A stretch of 34,029 bases of DNA. It comes from Candidatus Woesearchaeota archaeon. Lineage in GTDB: Archaea; Nanobdellota; Nanobdellia; Woesearchaeales; CAZJJJ01. The notes beneath the pieces were generated by a model. The model searched no databases. It saw only the letters and a program-made list of their open reading frames with translations, and had not been told where the DNA came from. This document shows, piece by piece, positions 18,367 through 27,525 of the stretch. The position numbers and the translations under genes were made by a program. Location: contig JBKHIF010000006.1 in the NCBI GenBank assembly GCA_046538795.1, forward strand, positions 1-34,029. The letters are read 5' to 3'. Position 1 is the stretch's first letter. Each line of letters starts with the position of its first letter.

Positions 18367-19638
18367 ATGGATATTATTTTTCATGGTGGGGCAAGAGAGG
18401 TTGGTAGAAGCTGTATTGAAATTAAAGACAATGGTTCTTCTAAAAGGGTCATACTTGACTGTGGGATAAAGGTCCATGAACATGGCATAGATCATCCGAC
18501 AACCATAAGCGATATGGAAAATATTGATGCTTTATTTCTGAGCCACGCTCATCTTGACCATACTGGTTCTCTTCCTTTGTTTGATCATATGGGGATGAAA
18601 TGCCCAATATTTTGCACGCCGGTGACAAAATCTATAACAAAAACTCTTTTGGACGATTCTTTTCACATACAGCTTCTCAAACATAAGCATCCTGCTTATT
18701 CGGAATTTGACATAGATGATGTCATGAAAAGAATGAGGCTTGTTGATTACAGGAAAAAAGGAACCTATTCAGGTATTGATTATGAATTTTTTGATGCAGG
18801 CCACATACCTGGAAGTGCATCGATACTTCTTGAGATTGGTGGAAAAAGAATACTCTACACAGGCGATTTCAATACTGTGAAGACAAGGCTTCTTAGCGGA
18901 GCAGACACAACTTATAATAACATAGATGTGATGATAACAGAATCCACCTATGGTGACTGCGATCATCCATCGAGAAAAAAAGAGGAAAACAGCTTTATCC
19001 AAAGCATAAAATCTATATTGGCAGGCAATGGTTCTGTTCTTATTCCTGTTTTCTCATTAGGGAGAGCCCAGGAGATTGCGCTCTTGCTTTCAGATTATGA
19101 ATTTCCTGCAAAAATATATATGGATGGCATGGCAAGAAAGATAACAAGAATATGCACAAATGCAAAGAGATTTGAATCTTCAGATATTTTGAGACAAGCC
19201 ATGAAAAAAATAAAAATGGTAAACGACAGGGATGAACGTGAAAGGATAATATTTTCTAAAGGTATTTTTTTAAGTACATCAGGAATGCTTAACGGCGGAC
19301 CTGTTCTAAGCTATCTGAACAAGCTATGGCATAATCCACGATCAGGCATACTCATGACAGGATATCAGGCAAATGGCACAAACGGAAGGATGCTTCTTGA
19401 ATCAGAACGTGCATATGTTGATGGAATGCAGATACATTTTGACGGTCCTATTAAAAAATATGATTTTTCTGCACACAGCGGTAAAAATAATATAGTTAAT
19501 CTGGTAAAAAAAATCAGGCCCAAGAACCTTATAATAAATCATGGAGATCATGGTGCTATGATTGAACTTGAGAATTCAGTAAAAGGCATTGTTGAAAATG
19601 TATTTGTTCCAGAGGCTGACCAGTTGCTGAAAATATAG
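18367..19638 (+). CDS. Metallo-beta-lactamase beta-CASP ribonuclease (aCPSF-like, no KH domains)
   Basis: GGAREVGRSC, SHAHLDH, AGHIPGSA, YTGDF, ESTYG, P.FSLGRAQE, FSAH, HGD. Confidence 0.92.
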   Translation: MDIIFHGGAREVGRSCIEIKDNGSSKRVILDCGIKVHEHGIDHPTTISDMENIDALFLSHAHLDHTGSLPLFDHMGMKCPIFCTPVTKSITKTLLDDSFHIQLLKHKHPAYSEFDIDDVMKRMRLVDYRKKGTYSGIDYEFFDAGHIPGSASILLEIGGKRILYTGDFNTVKTRLLSGADTTYNNIDVMITESTYGDCDHPSRKKEENSFIQSIKSILAGNGSVLIPVFSLGRAQEIALLLSDYEFPAKIYMDGMARKITRICTNAKRFESSDILRQAMKKIKMVNDRDERERIIFSKGIFLSTSGMLNGGPVLSYLNKLWHNPRSGILMTGYQANGTNGRMLLESERAYVDGMQIHFDGPIKKYDFSAHSGKNNIVNLVKKIRPKNLIINHGDHGAMIELENSVKGIVENVFVPEADQLLKI

Positions 19639-19749
19639 GTCATAATCCTTGCAGTCAAACATTTTTATATCTTGTTAATCACGCACTGCCAGGTAAATTA
19701 TATGTCATAAATACATCATTGTTTGACTTATTCTGTATGACCGAAATAC

Positions 19750-19764
19750 CGAAACATTTAAATA
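19750..19764 (+). promoter_or_regulatory. Putative BRE/TATA of the archaellin array
   Basis: cgaaaca-tttaaata about 60 bp upstream of the first archaellin; RBS GAGGTGA at 19813-19819. Confidence 0.6.
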
Positions 19765-19823
19765 GGAGCATGCTCTAAGTTATCTCAATGTGTGTTTTTG
19801 TGGTGTATGGTTGAGGTGATTTG

Positions 19824-20426
19824 ATGTTTAAAGGCAAAAGGGCCGAAGTCGGCATAGGTACATTGATTTTATTCATAGCAATGATTCTTGTCGCCGCTAT
19901 TGCTGCGAGTGTTCTAATCCAGACTGCAACAAGTCTTCAGAATAAGGCTCTTTTGACTGGCAAGCGCACCCAAGAGCAGATTTCTACTGGGATAAGTGTT
20001 CTTCTGGTATATGCAGAAGATGGCTCAACAAACAATGATCTTGATAATTTTAGTATGAAGATTAAATTGACTCCTGGTTCTGAACCATTAAAACTTAATG
20101 ATACTCTTATTGAATTTGATCTTAGCGATGGATCTGCTGATCTGGAATATAATAGTACTGGCGATTGTGAAACTGCTGGATCTTTCAAGACATCTACAAG
20201 TGGTGATGGTGTTTTTGCTGCAACTCACCTTGTTGAAGGGAGTGAATACAGGCAGCATTATCTGCACAGCGGTGATGTTGTGAAAGTTTGCTTTGCATCT
20301 CCAAGATCAATAACTCCTGATGAGGATATAGCTATAAGAATAATACCAAAGGTTGGAATACCGTCGGTAATTGAGACTGCGACGCCAGAAGTTATCAATC
20401 AACAGAGATCATATATATTCCCATAA
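19824..20426 (+). CDS. arlB: Archaellin, type A copy 1
   Basis: Class III signal [55 protein letters not shown]. Confidence 0.95.
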   Translation: MFKGKRAEVGIGTLILFIAMILVAAIAASVLIQTATSLQNKALLTGKRTQEQISTGISVLLVYAEDGSTNNDLDNFSMKIKLTPGSEPLKLNDTLIEFDLSDGSADLEYNSTGDCETAGSFKTSTSGDGVFAATHLVEGSEYRQHYLHSGDVVKVCFASPRSITPDEDIAIRIIPKVGIPSVIETATPEVINQQRSYIFP

Positions 20427-20460
20427 AGATTGAATTGAGTTTGAGATTACAGGTGAAATT

Positions 20461-21090
20461 ATGATGATGGATAAAAAAGCTGAAACAGGCATAGGAACTT
20501 TGATATTATTTATTGCAATGATTCTTGTTGCAGCTATTGCTGCTAGTGTTTTGATACAGACTGCGACATCTTTGCAGAACAAGGCGCTTTTAACAGGAGA
20601 TCGGACCCAGGGTCAGGTTTCAACAGGACTTACCACTCTTTTGATATATGGTACTAATGGTTCTGATGGTTCAATAGAAGATTTCAGGCACAAGCTGAAA
20701 TTATCTCCAGGCTCAGATCCAATCTCTATGGATGATATGCTTATTGAATTCGGTACTGAAGACCTTAGTTCTGACTATACTTATGTTGGAACTAATTGCA
20801 GTTACTATGGTGCTTGCGATGGAAGTTATTCCTCTGCTTTGGGTTATTGCGGAGACACTGCTAACAATAATGGAACATTTGCAGTGAAATATCTTGTCAA
20901 AGGATCAAATCACCAAGATGGTTATCTTGTAAGGGGAGACGTTGCAATGCTTTGCTACAGGGCTCCTGGTGGCATTGGTGAAGATACTACTCTTGTCATA
21001 AGGATAGTTCCTCCAAGAGGAATCGCTATGGCTGTGGAAACAGCTACGCCAAACATTATGGCTTCAGAAAGGGTATATGTATTTCCATGA
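20461..21090 (+). CDS. arlB: Archaellin, type B copy 1
   Basis: [17 protein letters not shown]-terminus; YGTNGSDG; four Cys; AGGTGA RBS. Confidence 0.95.
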   Translation: MMMDKKAETGIGTLILFIAMILVAAIAASVLIQTATSLQNKALLTGDRTQGQVSTGLTTLLIYGTNGSDGSIEDFRHKLKLSPGSDPISMDDMLIEFGTEDLSSDYTYVGTNCSYYGACDGSYSSALGYCGDTANNNGTFAVKYLVKGSNHQDGYLVRGDVAMLCYRAPGGIGEDTTLVIRIVPPRGIAMAVETATPNIMASERVYVFP

Positions 21091-21115
21091 ATGATTAATA
21101 AAAGGTGAAATTACG

Positions 21116-21691
21116 ATGATGAATAAGAAAGCTGATACTGGAATTGGAACATTGATACTGTTTATTGCCATGATTCTTGTGGCTGCTATTGCTGCGGGAG
21201 TCCTGATACAGACCGCGACGTCTTTGCAGAATAAGGCGCTCCTTACGGGAGATCGTACTAAGGGCCAGGTATCCACTTCCTTGTCTGTTCTTTTGATATA
21301 TGCAGAAGATGGCAGTGTTGGAAATTACGTGAACAATTTCAGTCTGAAATTAAAACTTTCTCCAGGTTCAGACCCAATAAAACTTAATGATACGTTGATT
21401 GAAGTTGATCTTTCAGACAGCTCATCTGATCTTACATATGATCCTCTGAATACCTGTCCTGCAACAACTACTGGTAATTTTAGCGTTAATTACCTTGTCC
21501 AGGGTGCTGACTATACCGAACATTATCTTCACAGGGGAGATATAATCATGCTATGCTTCCAGGCTCCAAGAGCAGTTCTTGCTGATGAGGATATTGCAAT
21601 AAGAGTTATTCCAAAGGTTGGAACTCCTACAGTTATCGAGACTGCAACGCCAGAAGTGATAAATCAGAAGAGAGCTTATATTTTTCCATGA
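21116..21691 (+). CDS. arlB: Archaellin, type A copy 2
   Basis: [42 protein letters not shown]. Confidence 0.95.
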   Translation: MMNKKADTGIGTLILFIAMILVAAIAAGVLIQTATSLQNKALLTGDRTKGQVSTSLSVLLIYAEDGSVGNYVNNFSLKLKLSPGSDPIKLNDTLIEVDLSDSSSDLTYDPLNTCPATTTGNFSVNYLVQGADYTEHYLHRGDIIMLCFQAPRAVLADEDIAIRVIPKVGTPTVIETATPEVINQKRAYIFP

Positions 21692-21734
21692 ATTAGAGAA
21701 TTTATTTTAAACAAATTGATTAGGTGAAATTACG

Positions 21735-22364
21735 ATGATGAATAAAAAAGCTGAAACCGGAATTGGAACATTGATATTGTTTATCGCAATGATTCTTGTA
21801 GCTGCTATTGCTGCGGGAGTCTTGATACAGACAGCGACGTCTTTGCAGAATAAGGCGCTCCTTACAGGAGATCGTACTAAAGGACAGGTATCAACAGGCC
21901 TTACAACCTTGTTGCTTTACGGTACTAATGGTTCTGACGGTACAATAGAGGATTTTAGGCAGAAGATCAAGCTTTCTCCTGGTTCAGATCCAATAACCAT
22001 GCATGATGCATTGATTGAGTTTGGTGTTGCATCATCTAATGTTGATCTTACTTATATTGGAACAAACTGCACTTATTATGGTTCAGACTGTAATAGTAGT
22101 TATGCTAGCAATCTTGGTTACTGCAGCGATCCAGATAACGATAACGGAACATTTGCAGTGAATTATCTTGTCAATGGTCCTAACCACCAGGATGGATACC
22201 TTGTAAGAGGAGATATCGCAATGCTTTGTTTCAGAGGTCCAAGCGGAGTCGAAGAAGACAAGAGCATAAGGATAAGCTTTATACCAAAGAAAGGGACACA
22301 GATGACAGTTGAGACAGCAACTCCAAACATCATGACGTCCGAAAGGGTTTACATATTCCCATAA
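21735..22364 (+). CDS. arlB: Archaellin, type B copy 2
   Basis: [41 protein letters not shown]. Confidence 0.95.
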   Translation: MMNKKAETGIGTLILFIAMILVAAIAAGVLIQTATSLQNKALLTGDRTKGQVSTGLTTLLLYGTNGSDGTIEDFRQKIKLSPGSDPITMHDALIEFGVASSNVDLTYIGTNCTYYGSDCNSSYASNLGYCSDPDNDNGTFAVNYLVNGPNHQDGYLVRGDIAMLCFRGPSGVEEDKSIRISFIPKKGTQMTVETATPNIMTSERVYIFP

Positions 22365-22388
22365 ATAACTGATTATAGGTGAATGACG

Positions 22389-22964
22389 ATGATGAATAAA
22401 AAAGCTGATACAGGCATAGGAACATTGATCTTGTTTATTGCAATGATCCTTGTTGCTGCAATTGCTGCGGGAGTCTTGATACAGACTGCAACATCACTAC
22501 AGAACAAGGCACTCCTTACAGGAGATCGTACCAAAGGTCAAGTATCGACATCCATGTCTGTACTTTTGATATATGCTGAGGATGGAAGCACAGGTAATTA
22601 TGTAAACAATTTTAGCATGAAACTAAAGCTTTCTCCAGGTTCAGACCCAATAAAACTCAATGATACTCTGATCGAGGTTGATCTGTCGGATAGTTCATCT
22701 GATCTTACATATGATCCTCTTGTTACATGTCCTACATCAACAGCAGGAAATTTCAGTGTGGAATATCTTGTTCAGGGATCAGATTATTCAGAGCATTATC
22801 TGCACAGAGGAGATATAATCAAACTATGTTTCCAGGCTCCAAGAGCAGTTCTTGCTGATGAGGATATTGCAATCAGGATAATACCAAAGGTTGGAACTCC
22901 TACAGTTATCGAGACTGCAACGCCAGAGGTTATTAACCAGAGAAGGTCATATATATTTCCTTGA
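22389..22964 (+). CDS. arlB: Archaellin, type A copy 3
   Basis: [23 protein letters not shown]. Start chosen from spacing to AGGTGA at 22377-22382. Confidence 0.95.
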   Translation: MMNKKADTGIGTLILFIAMILVAAIAAGVLIQTATSLQNKALLTGDRTKGQVSTSMSVLLIYAEDGSTGNYVNNFSMKLKLSPGSDPIKLNDTLIEVDLSDSSSDLTYDPLVTCPTSTAGNFSVEYLVQGSDYSEHYLHRGDIIKLCFQAPRAVLADEDIAIRIIPKVGTPTVIETATPEVINQRRSYIFP

Positions 22965-22994
22965 TTTTAAGGATTGATGTGCGGTGAATTAATT

Positions 22995-23621
22995 ATGGAT
23001 AAGAAGGCAGAAACAGGCATAGGTACATTGATTTTGTTTATTGCAATGATCCTTGTTGCGGCAATTGCTGCAGGCGTTCTTATCCAGACTGCAACATCTT
23101 TGCAAAATAAGGCACTATTGACCGGAGATCGGACCCAGGGTCAGGTATCTACCGGGCTTACTACTTTGCTTCTTTATGGCACAAATGGTTCTGATGGCAC
23201 GATTGAAGATTTCAGGCAGAAGATCAAGCTTTCTCCAGGTTCAGATCCAATCACTATGAATGATGGTCTGATTGAGTTTGGAATGTCTTCATCCAGCAGT
23301 GATCTGATTTATGTTGGGACAAATTGCACTTATTATGGTTCAGACTGTAACAGCAGCTATGAAGACCATCTTGGTTATTGCAGTGATGCTGCAAATGACA
23401 ATGGAACTTATACAGTAAAGTATCTTGTTGAGGGACCTAATCATGAGGATGGTTATCTGGTAAGAGGAGATATCGCAATGCTTTGCTTCAGAAGCTCTGT
23501 AGATGTAGAAGAAGATAAAAGCATAAGGATAAGTTTTGTGCCTAAGCGTGGAACTCCTATGACTGTTGAGACCGCTACACCCAATATAATGAATTCAGAG
23601 AGAATATATATCTTCCCTTGA
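22995..23621 (+). CDS. arlB: Archaellin, type B copy 3
   Basis: [23 protein letters not shown] at 22983-22987 supports ATG 22995. Confidence 0.95.
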   Translation: MDKKAETGIGTLILFIAMILVAAIAAGVLIQTATSLQNKALLTGDRTQGQVSTGLTTLLLYGTNGSDGTIEDFRQKIKLSPGSDPITMNDGLIEFGMSSSSSDLIYVGTNCTYYGSDCNSSYEDHLGYCSDAANDNGTYTVKYLVEGPNHEDGYLVRGDIAMLCFRSSVDVEEDKSIRISFVPKRGTPMTVETATPNIMNSERIYIFP

Positions 23622-23649
23622 ATTAATGGCTGACAAAAGTAAATTATGT

Positions 23650-23688
23650 GCTTTTTCAATTTCTTTTTTCTTTTTATTAATTTTCTTG
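23650..23688 (+). terminator. Putative oligo-T terminator after the six-gene archaellin block
   Basis: Several consecutive T-runs 30-65 bp downstream of the stop, followed by a new TATA (gaaaactatataaa, 23694-23707). Confidence 0.5.
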
Positions 23689-23752
23689 AAATAGAAAACT
23701 ATATAAACTTCCTTTCTATAATATTTTCTTATTCATTTAGGGTGGTGGTATT

Positions 23753-24325
23753 TTGAAGAAAGGTGAAGTTGGCATAGGGACTCTTATATTATTTATAGCG
23801 ATGATTCTTGTTGCTGCTATTGCAGCAAGCGTTCTGATACAGACTGCGACAAGCCTTCAGAACAAGGCTCTTCTGACTGGAAAAAGAACACAAAGTGTTG
23901 TTGGATCTGGGATGCAGGCTCTTTTGTTATACGGAACAGATGGTTCTGATGACGCAAGGATAGAAGAGCTTAGGCTTAAGGTCAAACTGATGGCTGGTTC
24001 AGAATCAATACGTTTCAATGAAACCTTGATCGAAGTGGATACAAGAAACGATTCTATAGACTTAGAATATAGCTCAGGTTTATGCAATGATTCCAATACT
24101 AATTCAACTCATTTTACTGTAGAGACTCTTATTGAGGGAGCTAATTCTAGAACAGGATATCTTCAGTCAGGAGATGTTGTGATGATTTGTTTTGATGCGC
24201 CTCATCCCATGGCAAAAGACGAAGAGCTTCAGGTAAGGATTATTCCAAGATACGCTCAGGTTTTGCTGATTGAAACAGCAATCCCTGAAACAGTACTTAC
24301 AAACAGGGTATTTATCTTTCCATGA
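23753..24325 (+). CDS. arlB: Archaellin, divergent type C
   Basis: [29 protein letters not shown]; ends RVFIFP; apparent own promoter. Confidence 0.93.
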   Translation: MKKGEVGIGTLILFIAMILVAAIAASVLIQTATSLQNKALLTGKRTQSVVGSGMQALLLYGTDGSDDARIEELRLKVKLMAGSESIRFNETLIEVDTRNDSIDLEYSSGLCNDSNTNSTHFTVETLIEGANSRTGYLQSGDVVMICFDAPHPMAKDEELQVRIIPRYAQVLLIETAIPETVLTNRVFIFP

Positions 24326-24452
24326 GATGTAAGTTTTATTATCGAACTTTATCGAACTCTAAGGTGAGGAGTTTGCCTGTGAGGCACTATTTTTAGCAGA
24401 TGAGAGGAGATTAATCTTTGAATTTTTTTATTGAAAACTTTTCGGCAATATC

Positions 24453-24600
24453 TGGTGCTTGGTTCCACAGGAATCCTCTTCAAGGAGCACTACGGTTGTG
24501 ACTCAAGAAGTCTTCAATTAGAAAATCACGTCTGTTGCGAAAGACGCAATACTTCGTACTTCAGTTAGGGGATATCTAAAACTTTCAGTTTTGGGGATTA
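24453..24600 (+). other. Structured non-coding island, possible IS200/IS605-family end or omegaRNA-like remnant
   Basis: Locally higher GC with several stems: TGGTGCTT/GAGCACTA, GGTTCC/GGAATC, GAAGT/ACTTC, TTGCG/CGCAA, CTAAAAC/GTTTTGG. No tnpA or tnpB in the window; family assignment is by resemblance only. Confidence 0.35.
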
Positions 24601-24647
24601 GAACTTTTTTAAATTTTTAATAAACTTAAGCAGTGGTTTTCTTTATC

Positions 24648-25772
24648 TCATTGGATCAACTTTAATTTATTCTTTATTGATTCTATCTCATTATCTTTTT
24701 TTTCAGAATTATTTTTGTTTATCATTATTTCTTCAGGAATAGTTCCTGTTTCTTTATATGATGTTTCCTGCTTGTTGCTGTTTATATCCCTTACATATCT
24801 TTTCTTTTCAGTTTCAAGATCTTCTTTTACTGAGTTTATCTTTACAGGAACTTTGTTTTCTCTTAAAAGCGATAAGAGCCCATACCACTGATCCTGAGTC
24901 CAGTCAGCTTTGTTTTTTGCAACAAAATCTCTGATTATCTCTTCATAGGTCAATGGCCTGTTTTGCTGGATAGATTCTTTTATGATTTCTTTTTGTTCTT
25001 CTTGTTTTTGCACTTTTTCTGTAATTGATGACAGTTTATTTTTGATCTCACTGATATTTTGCACATCATTTTTTTGAGGCTTTATTTTTTTCATATTTTT
25101 AATAAGCCCTTTTAAATCAGGAAATTCTATCTTTATTTTTTTTCTTTCTTTTTTCACTTTCTCTTTGGTTTCTGTCTTGATATTTTCTTTTTTGATCTTT
25201 TTTGTCTTGATTGTTACGAAAGTCTGATATGAAAAATATCCCAAAAACATGAGCAGAAAGATTATTATCAAAGCATTAATAAGATGGGTTTCGATAAATG
25301 AAAATAAACCTTTCATAAATCCTGATCTGTTTTCTTCTACCCTGAAATTAACAACAATCGTTTCAGGAGAAACAGGATATGAGCTTGATCCTCTCATCAT
25401 AAGAACTGAATTATCTTTCTTGTTGACAATAGCAGGTATTATCTGAAAGCTGTAGTTTATTTCGGGGTTGGGATTTTTTCTTAGGGCATTGCTCAGATCA
25501 AATGAAAAAGAAATTTTCTTTTCTTCATTAGGACCTAATTCAAAAACCTCTTCCTGAAAATTTATCTTGACAAAACCGTATGTATCAACAACATTAAGCT
25601 TGATATTGAGCTGTTGAGCCCTATTATTTGTAAGGGTAAATTCCAAATGGTTATCTTTTTCCTCTGCGAGTCCAAAATCCTTATTGATAAGTCTTTCATT
25701 TTCTGCTGTAGCTGCATAGCTAGAAAACAGAAGTATCAGAATGAATAAAATCTTGAAAAGAGTTCTCTTCAT
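24648..25772 (-). CDS. Hypothetical bitopic membrane protein
   Basis: Signal peptide, beta-rich Ig-like extracellular part, TM ALIIIFLLMFLGYFSY, Lys-rich cytoplasmic region. Confidence 0.75.
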   Translation of the reverse strand: MKRTLFKILFILILLFSSYAATAENERLINKDFGLAEEKDNHLEFTLTNNRAQQLNIKLNVVDTYGFVKINFQEEVFELGPNEEKKISFSFDLSNALRKNPNPEINYSFQIIPAIVNKKDNSVLMMRGSSSYPVSPETIVVNFRVEENRSGFMKGLFSFIETHLINALIIIFLLMFLGYFSYQTFVTIKTKKIKKENIKTETKEKVKKERKKIKIEFPDLKGLIKNMKKIKPQKNDVQNISEIKNKLSSITEKVQKQEEQKEIIKESIQQNRPLTYEEIIRDFVAKNKADWTQDQWYGLLSLLRENKVPVKINSVKEDLETEKKRYVRDINSNKQETSYKETGTIPEEIMINKNNSEKKDNEIESIKNKLKLIQ

Positions 25773-25832
25773 TTTTTTTATTTCCTCAAAGACTCTTATG
25801 ATGCATGAATTTAAATTCTTTTTTCTTTTTTG

Positions 25833-26708
25833 TTAAAAATCTTTGGATCTTTTGTATGGTATTCCTGATTCTTTAACAAGAGAGACTATCCTGTCTTTTT
25901 CTTTCCCTAGTCCTTTCCAGTCAAATATGATTATTTCTGCTGGTCTTGTTGATTGAGATAAGGCAGATTTAAGGTTTTCCTCGTTGAGATTTTCTAACGC
26001 ATATTTAGGGCACACGTGAGAAAAGGCAATGTTTTCATTTAGTATTATCTTCTTGAAATTGCTCATCGTGTGAGTTCCTCCTATACCAATAGCAGTTATG
26101 TTTTTTTTTGATATTATAGATTTCGCATTTTCTATAAGATGCATTATTGTTTCAGCTATTAGATCTCCTGCAATCTGATTTTTCCATTCGTTTTCCAAAG
26201 AACCTATCTCGATGAACATCACATGTGATTCAAGATATGGTCCATGGTGTGTTGCTTCCTGTACAACATCAAAATTTTTAAGTTCAGATATTTCAGAATG
26301 CCTTTTTTCCATGTAAATTATCGCTTCTTTTACAAATTGTTCTGATGCTTTGCATAAGAATCTGTCTTGTCCGCCCATCTCAGCATTTCCCCAATTTCCC
26401 GGAGTATGTGCTGTAAGAGAAGGTATTCCAGATCTTGAACTGTGTTTTGTCGCATATATTATGATATTTTTATCTAAATTATTATTTTCTTTAAGAAATG
26501 ATAATTTTTTATCTATATCATCATGGTCTATGGTTTCTTCAGATATAGTCACGAGCCGGGTTTCAGCATCTTTGTGTTCATAGATAAGATTTCCTTCATA
26601 TTTTTCTTTTGTTATTTTGAATTGTGACCTTTTAATAAGATTGTCTTTTATGTTCATCCCGGCAGGATCTTTTTCTGAAACAACAATCGTAATAATAATA
26701 TCTTTCAT
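25833..26708 (-). CDS. dtdA: D-aminoacyl-tRNA deacylase (archaeal DTD2/GEK1 type)
   Basis: S..DPAGMNI, KHSS..PSLTAHTPGN, EATHHGP, FIEIGS..EW, GIGGTH. Start is 26708 or 26729. Confidence 0.92.
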   Translation of the reverse strand: MKDIIITIVVSEKDPAGMNIKDNLIKRSQFKITKEKYEGNLIYEHKDAETRLVTISEETIDHDDIDKKLSFLKENNNLDKNIIIYATKHSSRSGIPSLTAHTPGNWGNAEMGGQDRFLCKASEQFVKEAIIYMEKRHSEISELKNFDVVQEATHHGPYLESHVMFIEIGSLENEWKNQIAGDLIAETIMHLIENAKSIISKKNITAIGIGGTHTMSNFKKIILNENIAFSHVCPKYALENLNEENLKSALSQSTRPAEIIIFDWKGLGKEKDRIVSLVKESGIPYKRSKDF

Positions 26709-26818
26709 AACCAAAAAGATGTAATTCATGATTTAATTAATTTGTTTTTTTAATTGAAAATAAAGATTAATTTTCTACCAAAAACTATATAAACCCGTAA
26801 GTAGTCACTAAATCTAAT

Positions 26819-27451
26819 ATGATTGGTGTGCTCAAGAAGTTTCTAAAAAAGTTTCTTAAAAGGCTTTTCAAGAAGAAAAAAAATGTAAAATTAGGTCTAT
26901 ATGGACCGCCCAATTCAGGAAAGACTACTCTTGCTAATAGGATTTGCAAAGACTGGTTGGGGGAAGATATGGGTTCTGTTTCAAAAGTTGCACACGAGAC
27001 AAGAGAAGTACAGATCAAAGAACAGATTAATCTTAAATCTGGCAACAAAGAACTTCTGTTCAATCTTGTCGATACTCCTGGCATTGCAACAAAGATTGAC
27101 TATGAAGACTTCCTTAAGGCTGGGCTTAAAGAAGATATTGCGAAAGAGAGGGCCAAAGAAGCTACAAAAGGAGTTATAGATTCAATCAAATGGCTTGACG
27201 ACATGGATGCTGTCGTAATAGTACTTGATTCAACTCTTGATCCATATTCACAGGTAAATATAACTATAGTAGGTAATCTGGTCGCAAAAGACATCCCTGT
27301 CCTTATAGCTGCAAACAAGACTGATCTGAAAAAATCAGACATGAAAAAGATCCAGTCTGCTTTTCCCCAATATAGAGTTATCGGAATATCTGCTAAGCAG
27401 GGAAAGAATATTGATGAATTTTATGAGTCATTATTTGATCTGGTCGAATAG
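26819..27451 (+). CDS. oapA: Small Era-like GTPase OapA
   Basis: GPPNSGKTTLANRI, HETR, DTPG, NKTD, ISAK; DP..QVN signature; first gene of the conserved three-gene operon. Confidence 0.88.
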   Translation: MIGVLKKFLKKFLKRLFKKKKNVKLGLYGPPNSGKTTLANRICKDWLGEDMGSVSKVAHETREVQIKEQINLKSGNKELLFNLVDTPGIATKIDYEDFLKAGLKEDIAKERAKEATKGVIDSIKWLDDMDAVVIVLDSTLDPYSQVNITIVGNLVAKDIPVLIAANKTDLKKSDMKKIQSAFPQYRVIGISAKQGKNIDEFYESLFDLVE

Positions 27452-27525
27452 TTGCGATTATATCTTTGAGTAAAGTTTTTATAGCCATGGATTTTAAGAT
27501 TGAAAAAGTAAGATTTTGAATTAAA

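Noticed and set aside
20932..23473. RGD integrin-binding motifs in archaellins
   Set aside because: They fall in the conserved archaellin L..GD motif; other copies have SGD.
19824..24325. CRISPR array or diversity-generating retroelement as the source of the repeats
   Set aside because: Repeats are paralogous coding sequence with no spacers; no reverse transcriptase and no adenine-specific mismatch pattern seen.
26730..26818. Replication origin upstream of oapA
   Set aside because: Only a short AT-rich divergent promoter; no ORB repeats or cdc6.
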